Assembly: GCA_964396875.1 (NCBI GenBank)
Contig: CAYNHK010000002.1
Coordinates: 1,015-65,014 of the forward strand
Length of the DNA stretch: 64,000 nucleotides
Origin: an uncultured Acidobacteriota bacterium
GTDB taxonomy: Bacteria; Acidobacteriota; Vicinamibacteria; Fen-336; JAGNNV01
Direction: 5' to 3'
The notes under the pieces are model-generated. The model did no database searches, was not told the origin of the DNA, and was given only the letters and a program-made list of their open reading frames with translations. Below, piece by piece: positions 8,870 through 18,011 of the stretch. Every line of letters begins with the position of its first letter. Position 1 is the first letter of the stretch. Made by a program: the position numbers and the translations under genes.

Positions 8870-10126
8870 CTACGCGGTTGTTTCGGCGGGTTCCTTCGAA
8901 GCAGCCTGCGGATTCTGCAGGGCCAGCGCGGCGAGGAAAGCGAGGAAGACCAGGGTGGCGATCAGCATGAACGCGCTCTCGTAACTCTTCGAACGATCGA
9001 AGAGCACGCCCGTGATCCAGATTCCGAGCCCGCCGCCAATGGCGTCGAGCACGGTGATCGTGCCGAGGATCTTGCCTCCGGCGCGCGTTCCGAAGCTGTC
9101 CATGCAGGTGAGCTGCAGCATGGTGTAAAGGCCACCCCACCCCAGTCCGAAGATCAGGATGAACGGCCAGAGCAAGGCTTCCTTCATCGAGGCGAGGAAC
9201 AAGGCGCCCACCAGCATGATCGCGATGTTGGTGAGGAAGACGACGCGGCGTTCGATTTTGTCGGCCAGATAGCCGATCACGAACTTTCCTACGAGCCCCA
9301 TGGTGAAGAGGGTGCCGACGCCGCCGGCCGCCTTCTCGAGCGGCCAGCCCATACCCTTGAGGTGGAGCACCATGTGCGCCTGGGCGGCGAGGATGCAGTA
9401 GAAGGTCGTCATCGCGCAGAACGTGAGGATCCAGAAGGTTCGAGTCCGGATCGCATCCTTGTACTCCATCCCGGTGAGCGAGGGCGACGCGCCCCCTCCC
9501 GAGGGCGCCCCCAGTGCGCGTAGACCCAGGTCCGCGGGGGAGTCGCGCGTGACAAAGGCCATGATGATCAACGCGATCAGCGGGATCACGGCCTCCATGA
9601 GCATCGCTTCGCGCCAGGTGTAGGTCTTGAGGAGCGTGGCCCCAAGCCGCGGAAAGACAATCCCCCCAAGGCTCGTGCCCACAAGAGTGAGGCCAAGTGC
9701 GGTGCCCCGCTTCTGCACGAACCAGCGGGACACGATCAGGACATTCAGCACGAGACCGGCGAGTGCCAGGACCAGGGCAATGCCCACGTTGACCAGGTAC
9801 AGGTGGGTCAGGGACGTCATCTGCGAGTAGGCGGCGATGCAAGCCGAGAGCAGCGCGAGCCCCGCCATCATGAGCCTCTTGACGCTCATCCGGTCGGCCA
9901 ACGTGCCGATGAAGGGGGCCATGAGGCCGGACAGACCGAGTTGGAGCAGATCCCGAAGCTTGAGATCCCCGCGGCTCCATCCGAACTCCTGAAGGATCGC
10001 AGGATCGAAGATCGTCATCCCGGTGATGGTCATGCCGTTCGACACCATCAGGGTCAACATCGCCACGAGGGCTATGTACCAGCCGTAGAAAACGCCCGAC
10101 CCGGCGCTGCTCTTCTGCTCAGTCAC
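8870..10126 (-). CDS. MFS transporter (oxalate/formate-antiporter-like)
   Basis: About 12 hydrophobic segments are present. The loop 2-3 motif GTLADRMSVKRLMMAG (MFS signature G-x-L-x-D-R-x-G-R/K-type) is visible. The start is GTG. Confidence 0.85.
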   Translation of the reverse strand: MTEQKSSAGSGVFYGWYIALVAMLTLMVSNGMTITGMTIFDPAILQEFGWSRGDLKLRDLLQLGLSGLMAPFIGTLADRMSVKRLMMAGLALLSACIAAYSQMTSLTHLYLVNVGIALVLALAGLVLNVLIVSRWFVQKRGTALGLTLVGTSLGGIVFPRLGATLLKTYTWREAMLMEAVIPLIALIIMAFVTRDSPADLGLRALGAPSGGGASPSLTGMEYKDAIRTRTFWILTFCAMTTFYCILAAQAHMVLHLKGMGWPLEKAAGGVGTLFTMGLVGKFVIGYLADKIERRVVFLTNIAIMLVGALFLASMKEALLWPFILIFGLGWGGLYTMLQLTCMDSFGTRAGGKILGTITVLDAIGGGLGIWITGVLFDRSKSYESAFMLIATLVFLAFLAALALQNPQAASKEPAETTA

Positions 10127-10161
10127 GCTGTGGTCTTCCTGAAGGGTTCAAGGGGATCTTG

Positions 10162-11583
10162 CTAGACAGGTCGGGCCACGTAGGAGCCGCGTCGCTCTCC
10201 CACCGCCGCACCATCCTTGAAGACAATGTGACCTCGGAGCATCGTCGCCACCGGCCAGCCCCGAAGCCGCCTTCCCGCGAACGGACTGTGATCCTGGGCG
10301 GAATGCGCGTTCTCCACCGTCACCGCCTGTTCCTTCTTGAGGTCGATGAGCGCCAGATCGGCGTCGCTTCCCACCGCGATCGCGCCCTTCTTCGGATACA
10401 GACCGAAGCGTCGCGCCGGCGTCGTCGAGATGAGATCGACCACGCGCTCGAGAGGAAGCCCGCGCTTGTGGACCCCCTCGCTCAGAAGCACGGGATAGAG
10501 CAGCGATGTACCTCCAAAGCCCGGCAGCGCGCTCCAGGTGTCGCCCTTCTTGTTCTCCTCCATGCAGCAGGCGTGGTCGGACACCACCGTATCGATGTCC
10601 CCCTTGACCAGCGCCCGCCAAAGCGCGTCCTGATCGTCCTGGGTACGGATCGGAGGATTCACCTTGCTGCGAAGGTCGCCCGCAGTGGCCCAGGTGAGGG
10701 CGAGGTGGTGGAGCGTCGTCTCGAGAGTGATGTCCATCTCGGGATGTCGGGCTCGCACATCGATCCCCGCTTCGATGGCCTTCCGCGACGAGAGGTGGAG
10801 GAAGTTCACCGCGCAAGACGTCTCGTCCGCGAGCACGCCCGCCTCCTGGATCGACAGGCGCTCGGAGAGCGGTGGCCGCGCCTCGCTGTAGGCCTGGAGC
10901 CCGGTCAGGCCGGCTTTCTTCACCCGCTGGATGAACGCGCGGATGATCTCGGGGTTCTCGCAATGCAGGGAGAGCGAAATGCGGCGGCCCGTCTTCTTCG
11001 CCGCCTCGGCGACCCGCACCATGATCTCGTAGAGATGGCCGAGATCGTACTCGTCCGCCATCGTGTAGTCCTTGCCTTTCGTCGAATCCGCCGACAGAGT
11101 CAGGGCCTTGTAGAACATGTAGTACTTGAAGGAAGCCACTCCCTGCTCGACCAGCCACGGGATCTCATCGAGCTGAGCCGTGGTCATGGGAGCGATGTGG
11201 TAGCTGTAGTCCGAGTGGAAGTTGCCCTTGGACAGATCGAGGACCTCCGGAAAGATGTCCCGATAAGAGCCCGTCTTGTTGAGGTAGTGCTGCCCGGTTC
11301 GGAAGTAGCTGATGAGCGTGGTCACGCCGCCCGAAACCGCGGAGAGGGATTCACTCCGGGCATCCTCCGCATGTGGACGGTAGATGCCGACGTGGAAATG
11401 AGAATCCACCGCTCCCGGGAAGACGTGGAGGCCGCGTGCGTCGACCACTTCCCCGGCGGAGGCGGTGGAAAGATCGTCCGCGATCGCGGCGACGCGCCCA
11501 TCGCGGCACCCGAGATCAGCCCGGACCGCACCGTGTCCGGGGAGAACCACCACGCCACCTTTGACCAGACTATCGAATTTCAT
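10162..11583 (-). CDS. Cyclic amidohydrolase (dihydropyrimidinase/hydantoinase/allantoinase family)
   Basis: The metal-binding HxH motif is in its classic context (GLHVFPGAVDSHFHV). Length is 473 aa. Later amidohydrolase motifs are present (LHCENPE, VVSDHACC). Confidence 0.8.
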   Translation of the reverse strand: MKFDSLVKGGVVVLPGHGAVRADLGCRDGRVAAIADDLSTASAGEVVDARGLHVFPGAVDSHFHVGIYRPHAEDARSESLSAVSGGVTTLISYFRTGQHYLNKTGSYRDIFPEVLDLSKGNFHSDYSYHIAPMTTAQLDEIPWLVEQGVASFKYYMFYKALTLSADSTKGKDYTMADEYDLGHLYEIMVRVAEAAKKTGRRISLSLHCENPEIIRAFIQRVKKAGLTGLQAYSEARPPLSERLSIQEAGVLADETSCAVNFLHLSSRKAIEAGIDVRARHPEMDITLETTLHHLALTWATAGDLRSKVNPPIRTQDDQDALWRALVKGDIDTVVSDHACCMEENKKGDTWSALPGFGGTSLLYPVLLSEGVHKRGLPLERVVDLISTTPARRFGLYPKKGAIAVGSDADLALIDLKKEQAVTVENAHSAQDHSPFAGRRLRGWPVATMLRGHIVFKDGAAVGERRGSYVARPV

Positions 11584-12419
11584 GCTTTGGGGACTCCGGT
11601 TCGTTTGGCTTTTCGAGTTCCCGAGCGGCTTCGGCGCTTGGCCGAACTCACACTCCAGGACTCATCGGTTTCGGCAGGCGCCGGGTTGTGAACGAGGTGC
11701 GCCTTAAAGGAGTAGATATCGCTGCGATAGTAGCTGTGGACGTGTTCGACCGGCCGCCCCTCGACGGACCGGACCACACGATCGACGGACAGGAGTGGCG
11801 CTCCGATATTGGTCTTGAGCAGGCGGGCGAGGTGAGCGTCCGCGAGCGATGCCGAGATCGTCTGGTCCGCGTCCCCCATCCGTATGCCGAGTTCGGTTTC
11901 GATCTGACGCAGGATCGACCCCTTCTTCCAGGCCTCCGCCTTCAGGTGTTTCCCGATGTCCCCCGGAACATGGTTCACGATGTAGCTGAAAGGGGTGCCC
12001 CCGTGCAGCCTCAGCCTGGTGCAGCGCACGAGGGGATCGCCCAGATTCACCCTCAGAAAATCCGCCTCGGAGGCCGAAGCCTTGAGCGTGACCAGGGTGA
12101 GCACCTTGACCGTGGTGGAAAGCCCCATCGAGATGAGGTCCTCGAGCGAGCCCTCCATCCGGAACGTGTTCGAGAACCGGCGCCGGTCGGCGACGAAGGT
12201 GCCGCGACCGGCTTCCCTCTTGATGAAGCCCTCTTTCTCGAGATCTCCGAGCGCCTGTCGAATGGTGATCCGGCTGACGTCGTAATCCTTGGACAGCGCT
12301 TCTTCGGTGGGAAGGCGGTCGCCCGCGTGATACTTGCCCGAAACAATGTGCTCGCGCAGGATACCGGCGAGCTGATAGTAGAGAGGGACGGCGGCGGCGA
12401 ATCCGTTGGGACGCGGCAT
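11580..12419 (-). CDS. GntR-family transcriptional regulator (HutC/UTRA subfamily)
   Basis: From the ATG at 12419 there is a winged-HTH (PLYYQLAGILREHIVSGKYHAGDRLPTEEALSKDYDVSRITIRQALGDLEKEGFIKREAGRGTFV). A UTRA-like effector domain follows. The stop overlaps the hydantoinase start (ATGA). Confidence 0.85.
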   Translation of the reverse strand: MPRPNGFAAAVPLYYQLAGILREHIVSGKYHAGDRLPTEEALSKDYDVSRITIRQALGDLEKEGFIKREAGRGTFVADRRRFSNTFRMEGSLEDLISMGLSTTVKVLTLVTLKASASEADFLRVNLGDPLVRCTRLRLHGGTPFSYIVNHVPGDIGKHLKAEAWKKGSILRQIETELGIRMGDADQTISASLADAHLARLLKTNIGAPLLSVDRVVRSVEGRPVEHVHSYYRSDIYSFKAHLVHNPAPAETDESWSVSSAKRRSRSGTRKAKRTGVPKA

Positions 12420-12462
12420 CAGCGACTCTCCCTCATAGCGAGCCCTATTCCCCGATCCCGCA

Positions 12463-13314
12463 CTAAACCCACGACTCCAGGTTGTAGACCCGGATGGCGT
12501 TCTCCCACAGGAGCTTGCGCCGAGCGGTGTCTTTGAGCTCGAGGGCGTCGATCTCGGCGACCGCGCGCTCGAAGTCAATCACCGGCCAGTCGGTTCCGAA
12601 GAGGACCTTGTCCTGGCCGCGCGAGTTGATGAACCGGACGAAGGAGGGATCCCAATACTTCGGGGAATGCGCGTCCGACCCGATCCACACGTTCTTGTGC
12701 TTCCACGCCACGGAGATCATCTCCTCCGTCCAGGGATACCCGATATGGATGCCGATGATCTTGAGTTCGGGAAAGTCGATGGCCACCCGGTCGAGGCTCA
12801 TCGGCCGGGCGACGGTGGGCAGGAAAGCCTGAGCCGAATGGCCCACCTGGATCTGGATCGGGATCCCCAGCTCGGCGCACTTGGCGTAGAAGGGGTAGTA
12901 CATCCGATGATCGGGCGCTTCGCCAAACCAATGCGGATACAGGTGCGCGCCCACGAAGCCGTGTTCCCTGACTGCTTCATCGAGTTTCTTCAACCACGGC
13001 ATGATGGTCGAAGGGTTCAGGCCGACGATGCCCTTGAATCGCTTCGGATGCGCCGCGAGGACTTCGGCGATCCGCTTCACCGGCTTCTCGAAGAAGATGT
13101 CGGAACCCACCGGGCCGCCCGTAGTCGCGACCATCAGGCCCTTTTCGATTCCCGCCGCGTCCATCCGCCGGATCTCCTCGTCCAGCGTGACGCCCGAGGA
13201 GGTCTCGCCGAGGATGTTGACCGCCTTCCAGAACTCGTTGAGGCGCGGCGTGTAGTTCGCCGTGAGATCCGGAGTCCAGAGATTGACGACGATGTCGATG
13301 ATCCGGCGGGTCAA
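12463..13314 (-). CDS. Amidohydrolase-2 family (ACMSD/TIM-barrel metal-dependent hydrolase)
   Basis: The protein is 283 aa. The N-terminus IIDIVVNLW, internal HLYPHW and IQVGHS, and the C-terminal VLFGTDWP motif are typical of this family. The start is TTG. Confidence 0.7.
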   Translation of the reverse strand: MTRRIIDIVVNLWTPDLTANYTPRLNEFWKAVNILGETSSGVTLDEEIRRMDAAGIEKGLMVATTGGPVGSDIFFEKPVKRIAEVLAAHPKRFKGIVGLNPSTIMPWLKKLDEAVREHGFVGAHLYPHWFGEAPDHRMYYPFYAKCAELGIPIQIQVGHSAQAFLPTVARPMSLDRVAIDFPELKIIGIHIGYPWTEEMISVAWKHKNVWIGSDAHSPKYWDPSFVRFINSRGQDKVLFGTDWPVIDFERAVAEIDALELKDTARRKLLWENAIRVYNLESWV

Positions 13315-13367
13315 GGCGATCTACTCTCCAGGTCCTTCAGCGCGGCGCGAAACGTCCAGCACGAACA

Positions 13368-13387
13368 TTGTTCTAAGAATAGTACAA
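13368..13387. promoter_or_regulatory. AT-rich imperfect inverted repeat in a divergent promoter region (candidate GntR/HutC operator)
   Basis: The sequence TTGTTCTAAGAATAGTACAA (outer TTGT/ACAA arms) sits in a locally AT-rich patch of the 158-nt intergenic region. That region separates the divergent amidohydrolase-2 and CoA-transferase genes. A GntR gene lies in the same cluster. Confidence 0.25.
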
Positions 13388-13472
13388 CTTCGACCGGTCG
13401 CTGCCGTATTCTTCGTCCTGAAGTCCCCCGCCCCCCTCCGTCCCCCGCTTCCCTCCTTCCCCGAGGACCTCA

Positions 13473-14669
13473 ATGCCCGGCCCCCTTCACGGCGTACGTA
13501 TCCTGGAACTCACGAGCGTGGTCCTCGGGCCCTGGGCCTGCCAGATTCTGGGCGACCTCGGAGCCGACGTGATCAAGATCGAGCCTGCGGGGGGCGACAG
13601 CAATCGGCAGCTCGGCCCTCGTGCTCACGACGGTATGGCCGCACTCTATCTGACCTGCAACCGCAACAAGCGAAGCCTGGTGCTGGACCTCAAGAGTCCC
13701 TCGGGAAAAGAAGCCCTTCTCAAGCTTGCGGAGACGGCCGACGTGCTCGTTCACAACTACCGCCCCAAGTCCATGGAGCGCCTGGGGCTCGACTATCAAG
13801 CGATGAAGGCGCGCAACCCGAAAATCATCTTCTGCGGGACGTACGGGTATTCGAAGAAAGGACCGTACGCGGATCGCGCGGCCTACGACGACTCGATCCA
13901 GTCCGCCTCCGGGATCGCCATGCTCGCCACGAAGATGGGCGAAGAGCCGCGTTACCTTCCGACCATTATCGCGGACAAGACGACGGGCCTCGCCGTGGTC
14001 TACTCCGTGATGGCGGCCCTTTTTCACCGGGAACGAACCGGAATCGGACAGGAGGTCGAGGTGCCGATGTACGAGACCCTCATCTCCTACGTGATGGCTG
14101 AACATCTCTTCGGCTACGCCTTCGATCCTCCCCGCGGAGAGATGGGCTACACCCGCCTTCTCTCGAAGCACCGCCGGCCGTACAAGACGAAGGACGGCTA
14201 CATCGCCATCCTGCCGTACCTCAACGATCATTGGAAAGCATTCTGCGAGGCGTCAGGACGGCCCGACCTCGTGACCGATCCGAGATTCTTGACCCTCGGG
14301 GAACGGCTCAAGAACATCGATGCGGTCTATTCGGAGACGGGCACCCTCGTCGCCATGAGGACGACCGCCGAGTGGTTCAACATCCTCGAGAAGACCAACG
14401 TTCCTGTAATGCTCGTGAACTCGCTCGAGGACCTCATCACCGACGAACACCTTCTGGCGACCGGATTCTGGAAGGAGATCGATCACCCCACGGAAGGGCG
14501 GCTGCGGCTCCCTGGCGTTCCGGTCACCTTCTCGGAAACTCCCGGCGACATAAGACGGCACCCCCCGCGCCTGGGTGAGCACAGCATCGAGGTTCTGAGC
14601 GAGGCAGGCTACGACAAAGAGCACATCGCGGCGATGGTCGCTTCGGGCGCCACGCGCGATGGCAGATGA
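13473..14669 (+). CDS. Family III CoA-transferase (CaiB/BaiF)
   Basis: The N-terminus PLHGVRILELTSVVLGPWACQILGDLGADVIKIEP is the hallmark of family III CoA-transferases. Length is 398 aa. Confidence 0.9.
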   Translation: MPGPLHGVRILELTSVVLGPWACQILGDLGADVIKIEPAGGDSNRQLGPRAHDGMAALYLTCNRNKRSLVLDLKSPSGKEALLKLAETADVLVHNYRPKSMERLGLDYQAMKARNPKIIFCGTYGYSKKGPYADRAAYDDSIQSASGIAMLATKMGEEPRYLPTIIADKTTGLAVVYSVMAALFHRERTGIGQEVEVPMYETLISYVMAEHLFGYAFDPPRGEMGYTRLLSKHRRPYKTKDGYIAILPYLNDHWKAFCEASGRPDLVTDPRFLTLGERLKNIDAVYSETGTLVAMRTTAEWFNILEKTNVPVMLVNSLEDLITDEHLLATGFWKEIDHPTEGRLRLPGVPVTFSETPGDIRRHPPRLGEHSIEVLSEAGYDKEHIAAMVASGATRDGR

Positions 14670-14681
14670 CGGGCTCTCGTC

Positions 14682-15314
14682 TCAGGGCGCGGTGCGGCGA
14701 AGCTCGTAGCCGCGGCCGTCCGCGGGACCAAAGGTCTGAACCCCCTTCGCGTCGTACCCGCGGTCCAGGATCACGACCCGGTCGGCCGTGATACGGATCG
14801 CGGAGGTCGTGTAGGCCGAACCCTGCCAGTCCGACTTGCACGCCCGCGGATGCGTGGCGCCCTCGTAGCCCCCGCTTCGAAGCTCGAGATTGATGTCGCA
14901 CCCGGTCTCCTTCGTCAGATCCACTGGCGCCAGCTGACTCAACATCTGTGGCTCGGACGAAAGCGGGATCAGGAGCTGGGGGTCGATCCTCAACACCTCG
15001 AGCCTGATCCTCCGACCACTCTTCTTCAGCTTGAAAACCCTCTGCCGGTACGGCGCCGGCTCGTTCACGAATCGCTGCTCGATGTAGATGTAGACCGCGT
15101 CTTCGAAGACCACCGGATCCTGAATGGGCCTTGCCACCAGCCGGACCACCCCGTCCCGGTCTGCGGAACCGGTGGTGCGGCTCGCTTCGTACTGCGTGCG
15201 GTTGTCGAACGATCCGACCAGCCAGTTGGCGACGCGAAGCACGTCGTCTTCGGCCGTCGCGACGACGGCGGTGAGGATCATCACGGCCGCGATCAGAACT
15301 CGCTTGTGTCCCAT
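14682..15314 (-). CDS. CpcT/CpeT-family (bilin-lyase-like beta-barrel) protein with signal peptide
   Basis: From the ATG at 15314 there is a signal peptide (MGHKRVLIAAVMILTAVVATA). Family motifs follow: VANWLVGSFDNRTQY, IYIEQRFVNEPAPYRQRVFKL, GCDINLEL..GGYEGAT....C, and ILDRGYD. Confidence 0.75.
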   Translation of the reverse strand: MGHKRVLIAAVMILTAVVATAEDDVLRVANWLVGSFDNRTQYEASRTTGSADRDGVVRLVARPIQDPVVFEDAVYIYIEQRFVNEPAPYRQRVFKLKKSGRRIRLEVLRIDPQLLIPLSSEPQMLSQLAPVDLTKETGCDINLELRSGGYEGATHPRACKSDWQGSAYTTSAIRITADRVVILDRGYDAKGVQTFGPADGRGYELRRTAP

Positions 15315-15402
15315 ACCGGTACGATAAGGCGAGTGGGTCCGCGGCGACGTTGAGCCTGTACTATTCTCCGGCGAACGCCTCAACCTTGCTTTGGAGCAGA
15401 TC

Positions 15403-17985
15403 ATGATCCCTTCTCGCATAGTCCGAACGGCGTCGATCCTCGTCCTTCTGTCCATGGCGCCCCCGGCCGGCGCTGTGGGTTCTGTGTTCGTGTCGATCAT
15501 CGCCACCGGGCAGGCAACTGTGGTGCTGACGGCAGCTGACGGCTCTACCCTCACCCAGACCACAACCACCGGGGACGTTGCGCTTTTGCCCCGAGTGTCC
15601 GGCCGGCACAAGATCTCGGTGACGGTCGGAGGAAAGACCACGAACGGCGAGATCGAGGTCCCCGAGAGCGGTCAGATGAGGATCATCTTCAATCCTGCGG
15701 CCCAGCCGCCTTTTGAATCGTATGTAGCGGCCCTGGATGCGGTGACCGTCACCGCGCAACGCGTGGAAGAGAACCTTCAGAAGGTCCCGGTCGCAGTGAG
15801 CGCTTTCGACAGCCGTCAACTCGAGATCAAGCAGATCACCAACGTGCAGCAGGCTTCCTTCGCCACCCCGAACTTGTGGATGGAGAAGAACACCGGAACC
15901 TCCTCCGGCTCCCGCGCCGCCATCCGGGGCGTGGGCGAAGACGAGTCGTTCTTCACCTCCGACACTCCGGTGGGTATCTACATCGACGATGTCTATATCC
16001 CGCGGCAGACCGGCTCCCAGTTCGACCTTTACGAACTCGAGCGGCTCGAGGTCCTGCGCGGGCCCCAGGGAACCCTCTACGGACGAAACACCAGTGCCGG
16101 GGCCATCCGGCTCGTTACCAGGCAGCCGGGGAATGAATGGCGGGGCAACGCGGAGGGCGCCCTCGGTTCGTTCAGTCGCACCGATTTCCGAGGCTCGCTC
16201 AACGCCCCCCTCGGGGAGAAGGCGGGTTTGCTGGTATCCGGCCTTGTCAAGAAGCACAAGGGTTATGACACGAACACGGTGAACAACGAGGACGTCAACG
16301 ACCAGGATGTGGTCGGGGGACGTCTGGCCTTCCGGTATCTTCCCAGCTCGCGCTTCAACGTGGTGATGAACGCCGACCTCACCCGTGAGCGCTCCACTCC
16401 CGGCTTCCCGGTGGGCTTCATCATGCAGCCGCCCTTCCTCTCGACCGTGGCACCCTACCCCCTTCTGGCCAGCGGCTTCGGAGTCGGGAGGACGGATATC
16501 TTCCAACAGCTCGACGGGGACCGGGACATTCGGACCCTCCAGTCCGACCTCCTCGACCCCATCAACGACATCGACCAGGACGGATACTCGGCGACCGTCA
16601 CCTACGCGCTCAGCGACGCCATCACGCTGAAGTCGACGACCTCCTACCGCCAGCTGTTCAACGAACTGCTGCTCGACGCGGACGGACGGGTCGGAAACTT
16701 CGCCGGAATCCAGTCGCTTGGGGCCCCGGCCCCGGCGTTCCATCTGTATCAGCTCCAGAACCAGGATCAACTGTCCCAGGAGTTTCAGATCACGGGCGCG
16801 CGGGACCGCATGCGCTATGTGGGCGGCATCTACTACTTCAGGGAGCACAACGATCAGAAGACGGAGAACATCATCTTCAACGCCCTCGGTCGAAACAACT
16901 TCTGGCTGGTGGATTCCAATACGCGAAGCTACGCCGCCTATGGAAGCGCCACCTACACGGCCAGCGACAAGCTCACGGTGACCGGCGGGGCGCGGATCAC
17001 CGTCGACGACAAAGACTTCTTCACACGGGTGTTCCTGCCATCGGGCGCCCAACTCGTGGCGTGCGCGAACCCGGCGGGCGTGGTGTCCGCGGGCGGAGGG
17101 GCGCGCGCGTGCAACCCGTCCGATCCCGCAGGCTTCACGTCGACCCCGGTTCAGAAGAGCCTGGACCAGTCGTGGTCGGCCCTTACTCCCAGGCTGGCTC
17201 TCGACTACGCCATCAGCCCGAGTTCCATGGGATACGTGAGCTACAGCCGCGGCTTCAAATCAGGCGCCTTCGACGGAAGGTCGAACACCGCGGCGGCGAT
17301 CCTCCCCCTGCAACCGATCGACCCGGAGAAGATCGATACCCTCGAGCTTGGGGTCAAGTCAGACTTCGCCCGGGGCCGTGGGCGGGCCAACGCCGCGGTC
17401 TTCTACAACAAATGGAAGGACCTTCAAGGCACGGGCACCGATCCCAACGGGAACTTCTACCGCACCACACTTGGGGATGTGAGCACGAAAGGAGCGGAAC
17501 TCGAGGCGCGCCTCGTGCCACGTGATGGCTTCGAAGTTTTCGGACAGCTCTCACTCCTCTCCACCGGCTACGACACGGTGACCTTCAATCAGACAGCGCT
17601 TTGCGGGAATCTCAACACCGGCGACCGGCCCCTCGAACTGAAGATGTCGCCCCCGTACAGCTATCAACTGGGCGCCCTCTACACCATGGCCGCGCCGCGC
17701 GTGGGAGGCCGTCTCGTCACCAGCGCGACCCTCTCCGGCAAGGGACGGTTCTGGCATACCTCCTGCAATGCCGACGTGGGGTCCGAGGACGGCTTCAAAC
17801 TGATCGACGCCACGATCGCCTACGAGACGAGCGACGGCAAGTGGCGGATCACTGCGGCGGGCGAGAACCTGGCGGACGAGAAGTACGTGATCGGAAGTTT
17901 TGCGGTGGGCGGTCTCCGCATGTCCTCCGGCTACATGAACCCACCCCGCCGCTTCGGCCTGACCGTGCGCTACTCGTACAACTGA
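15403..17985 (+). CDS. TonB-dependent outer-membrane receptor with N-terminal carboxypeptidase-regulatory-like domain
   Basis: There is a signal peptide (MIPSRIVRTASILVLLSMAPPAGA). Plug-domain motifs are visible (VTVTAQRVEENLQKVPVAVSAF; IRGVG; LERLEVLRGPQGTLYGRNTSAGAIRL). A long beta-barrel ends in RFGLTVRYSYN. An alternative TTG start lies at 15391. Confidence 0.9.
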   Translation: MIPSRIVRTASILVLLSMAPPAGAVGSVFVSIIATGQATVVLTAADGSTLTQTTTTGDVALLPRVSGRHKISVTVGGKTTNGEIEVPESGQMRIIFNPAAQPPFESYVAALDAVTVTAQRVEENLQKVPVAVSAFDSRQLEIKQITNVQQASFATPNLWMEKNTGTSSGSRAAIRGVGEDESFFTSDTPVGIYIDDVYIPRQTGSQFDLYELERLEVLRGPQGTLYGRNTSAGAIRLVTRQPGNEWRGNAEGALGSFSRTDFRGSLNAPLGEKAGLLVSGLVKKHKGYDTNTVNNEDVNDQDVVGGRLAFRYLPSSRFNVVMNADLTRERSTPGFPVGFIMQPPFLSTVAPYPLLASGFGVGRTDIFQQLDGDRDIRTLQSDLLDPINDIDQDGYSATVTYALSDAITLKSTTSYRQLFNELLLDADGRVGNFAGIQSLGAPAPAFHLYQLQNQDQLSQEFQITGARDRMRYVGGIYYFREHNDQKTENIIFNALGRNNFWLVDSNTRSYAAYGSATYTASDKLTVTGGARITVDDKDFFTRVFLPSGAQLVACANPAGVVSAGGGARACNPSDPAGFTSTPVQKSLDQSWSALTPRLALDYAISPSSMGYVSYSRGFKSGAFDGRSNTAAAILPLQPIDPEKIDTLELGVKSDFARGRGRANAAVFYNKWKDLQGTGTDPNGNFYRTTLGDVSTKGAELEARLVPRDGFEVFGQLSLLSTGYDTVTFNQTALCGNLNTGDRPLELKMSPPYSYQLGALYTMAAPRVGGRLVTSATLSGKGRFWHTSCNADVGSEDGFKLIDATIAYETSDGKWRITAAGENLADEKYVIGSFAVGGLRMSSGYMNPPRRFGLTVRYSYN

Positions 17986-18011
17986 TCCAGCCACCACGCG
18001 ATCCCGCGCGA

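Noticed and set aside
8847-9980. The upstream 378 codons of track ORF 8526..9980.
   Set aside because: It overlaps the MFS transporter gene in another frame and has Arg/His/Pro/Gly-rich composition. Only the 3' 321 nt (8526..8846) look like an independent small gene.
17601-18011. An N-terminal extension of the MFS transporter ORF.
   Set aside because: It overlaps the 3' end of the TonB-dependent receptor in a different frame. The ATG at 18012 gives a normal MFS N-terminus.
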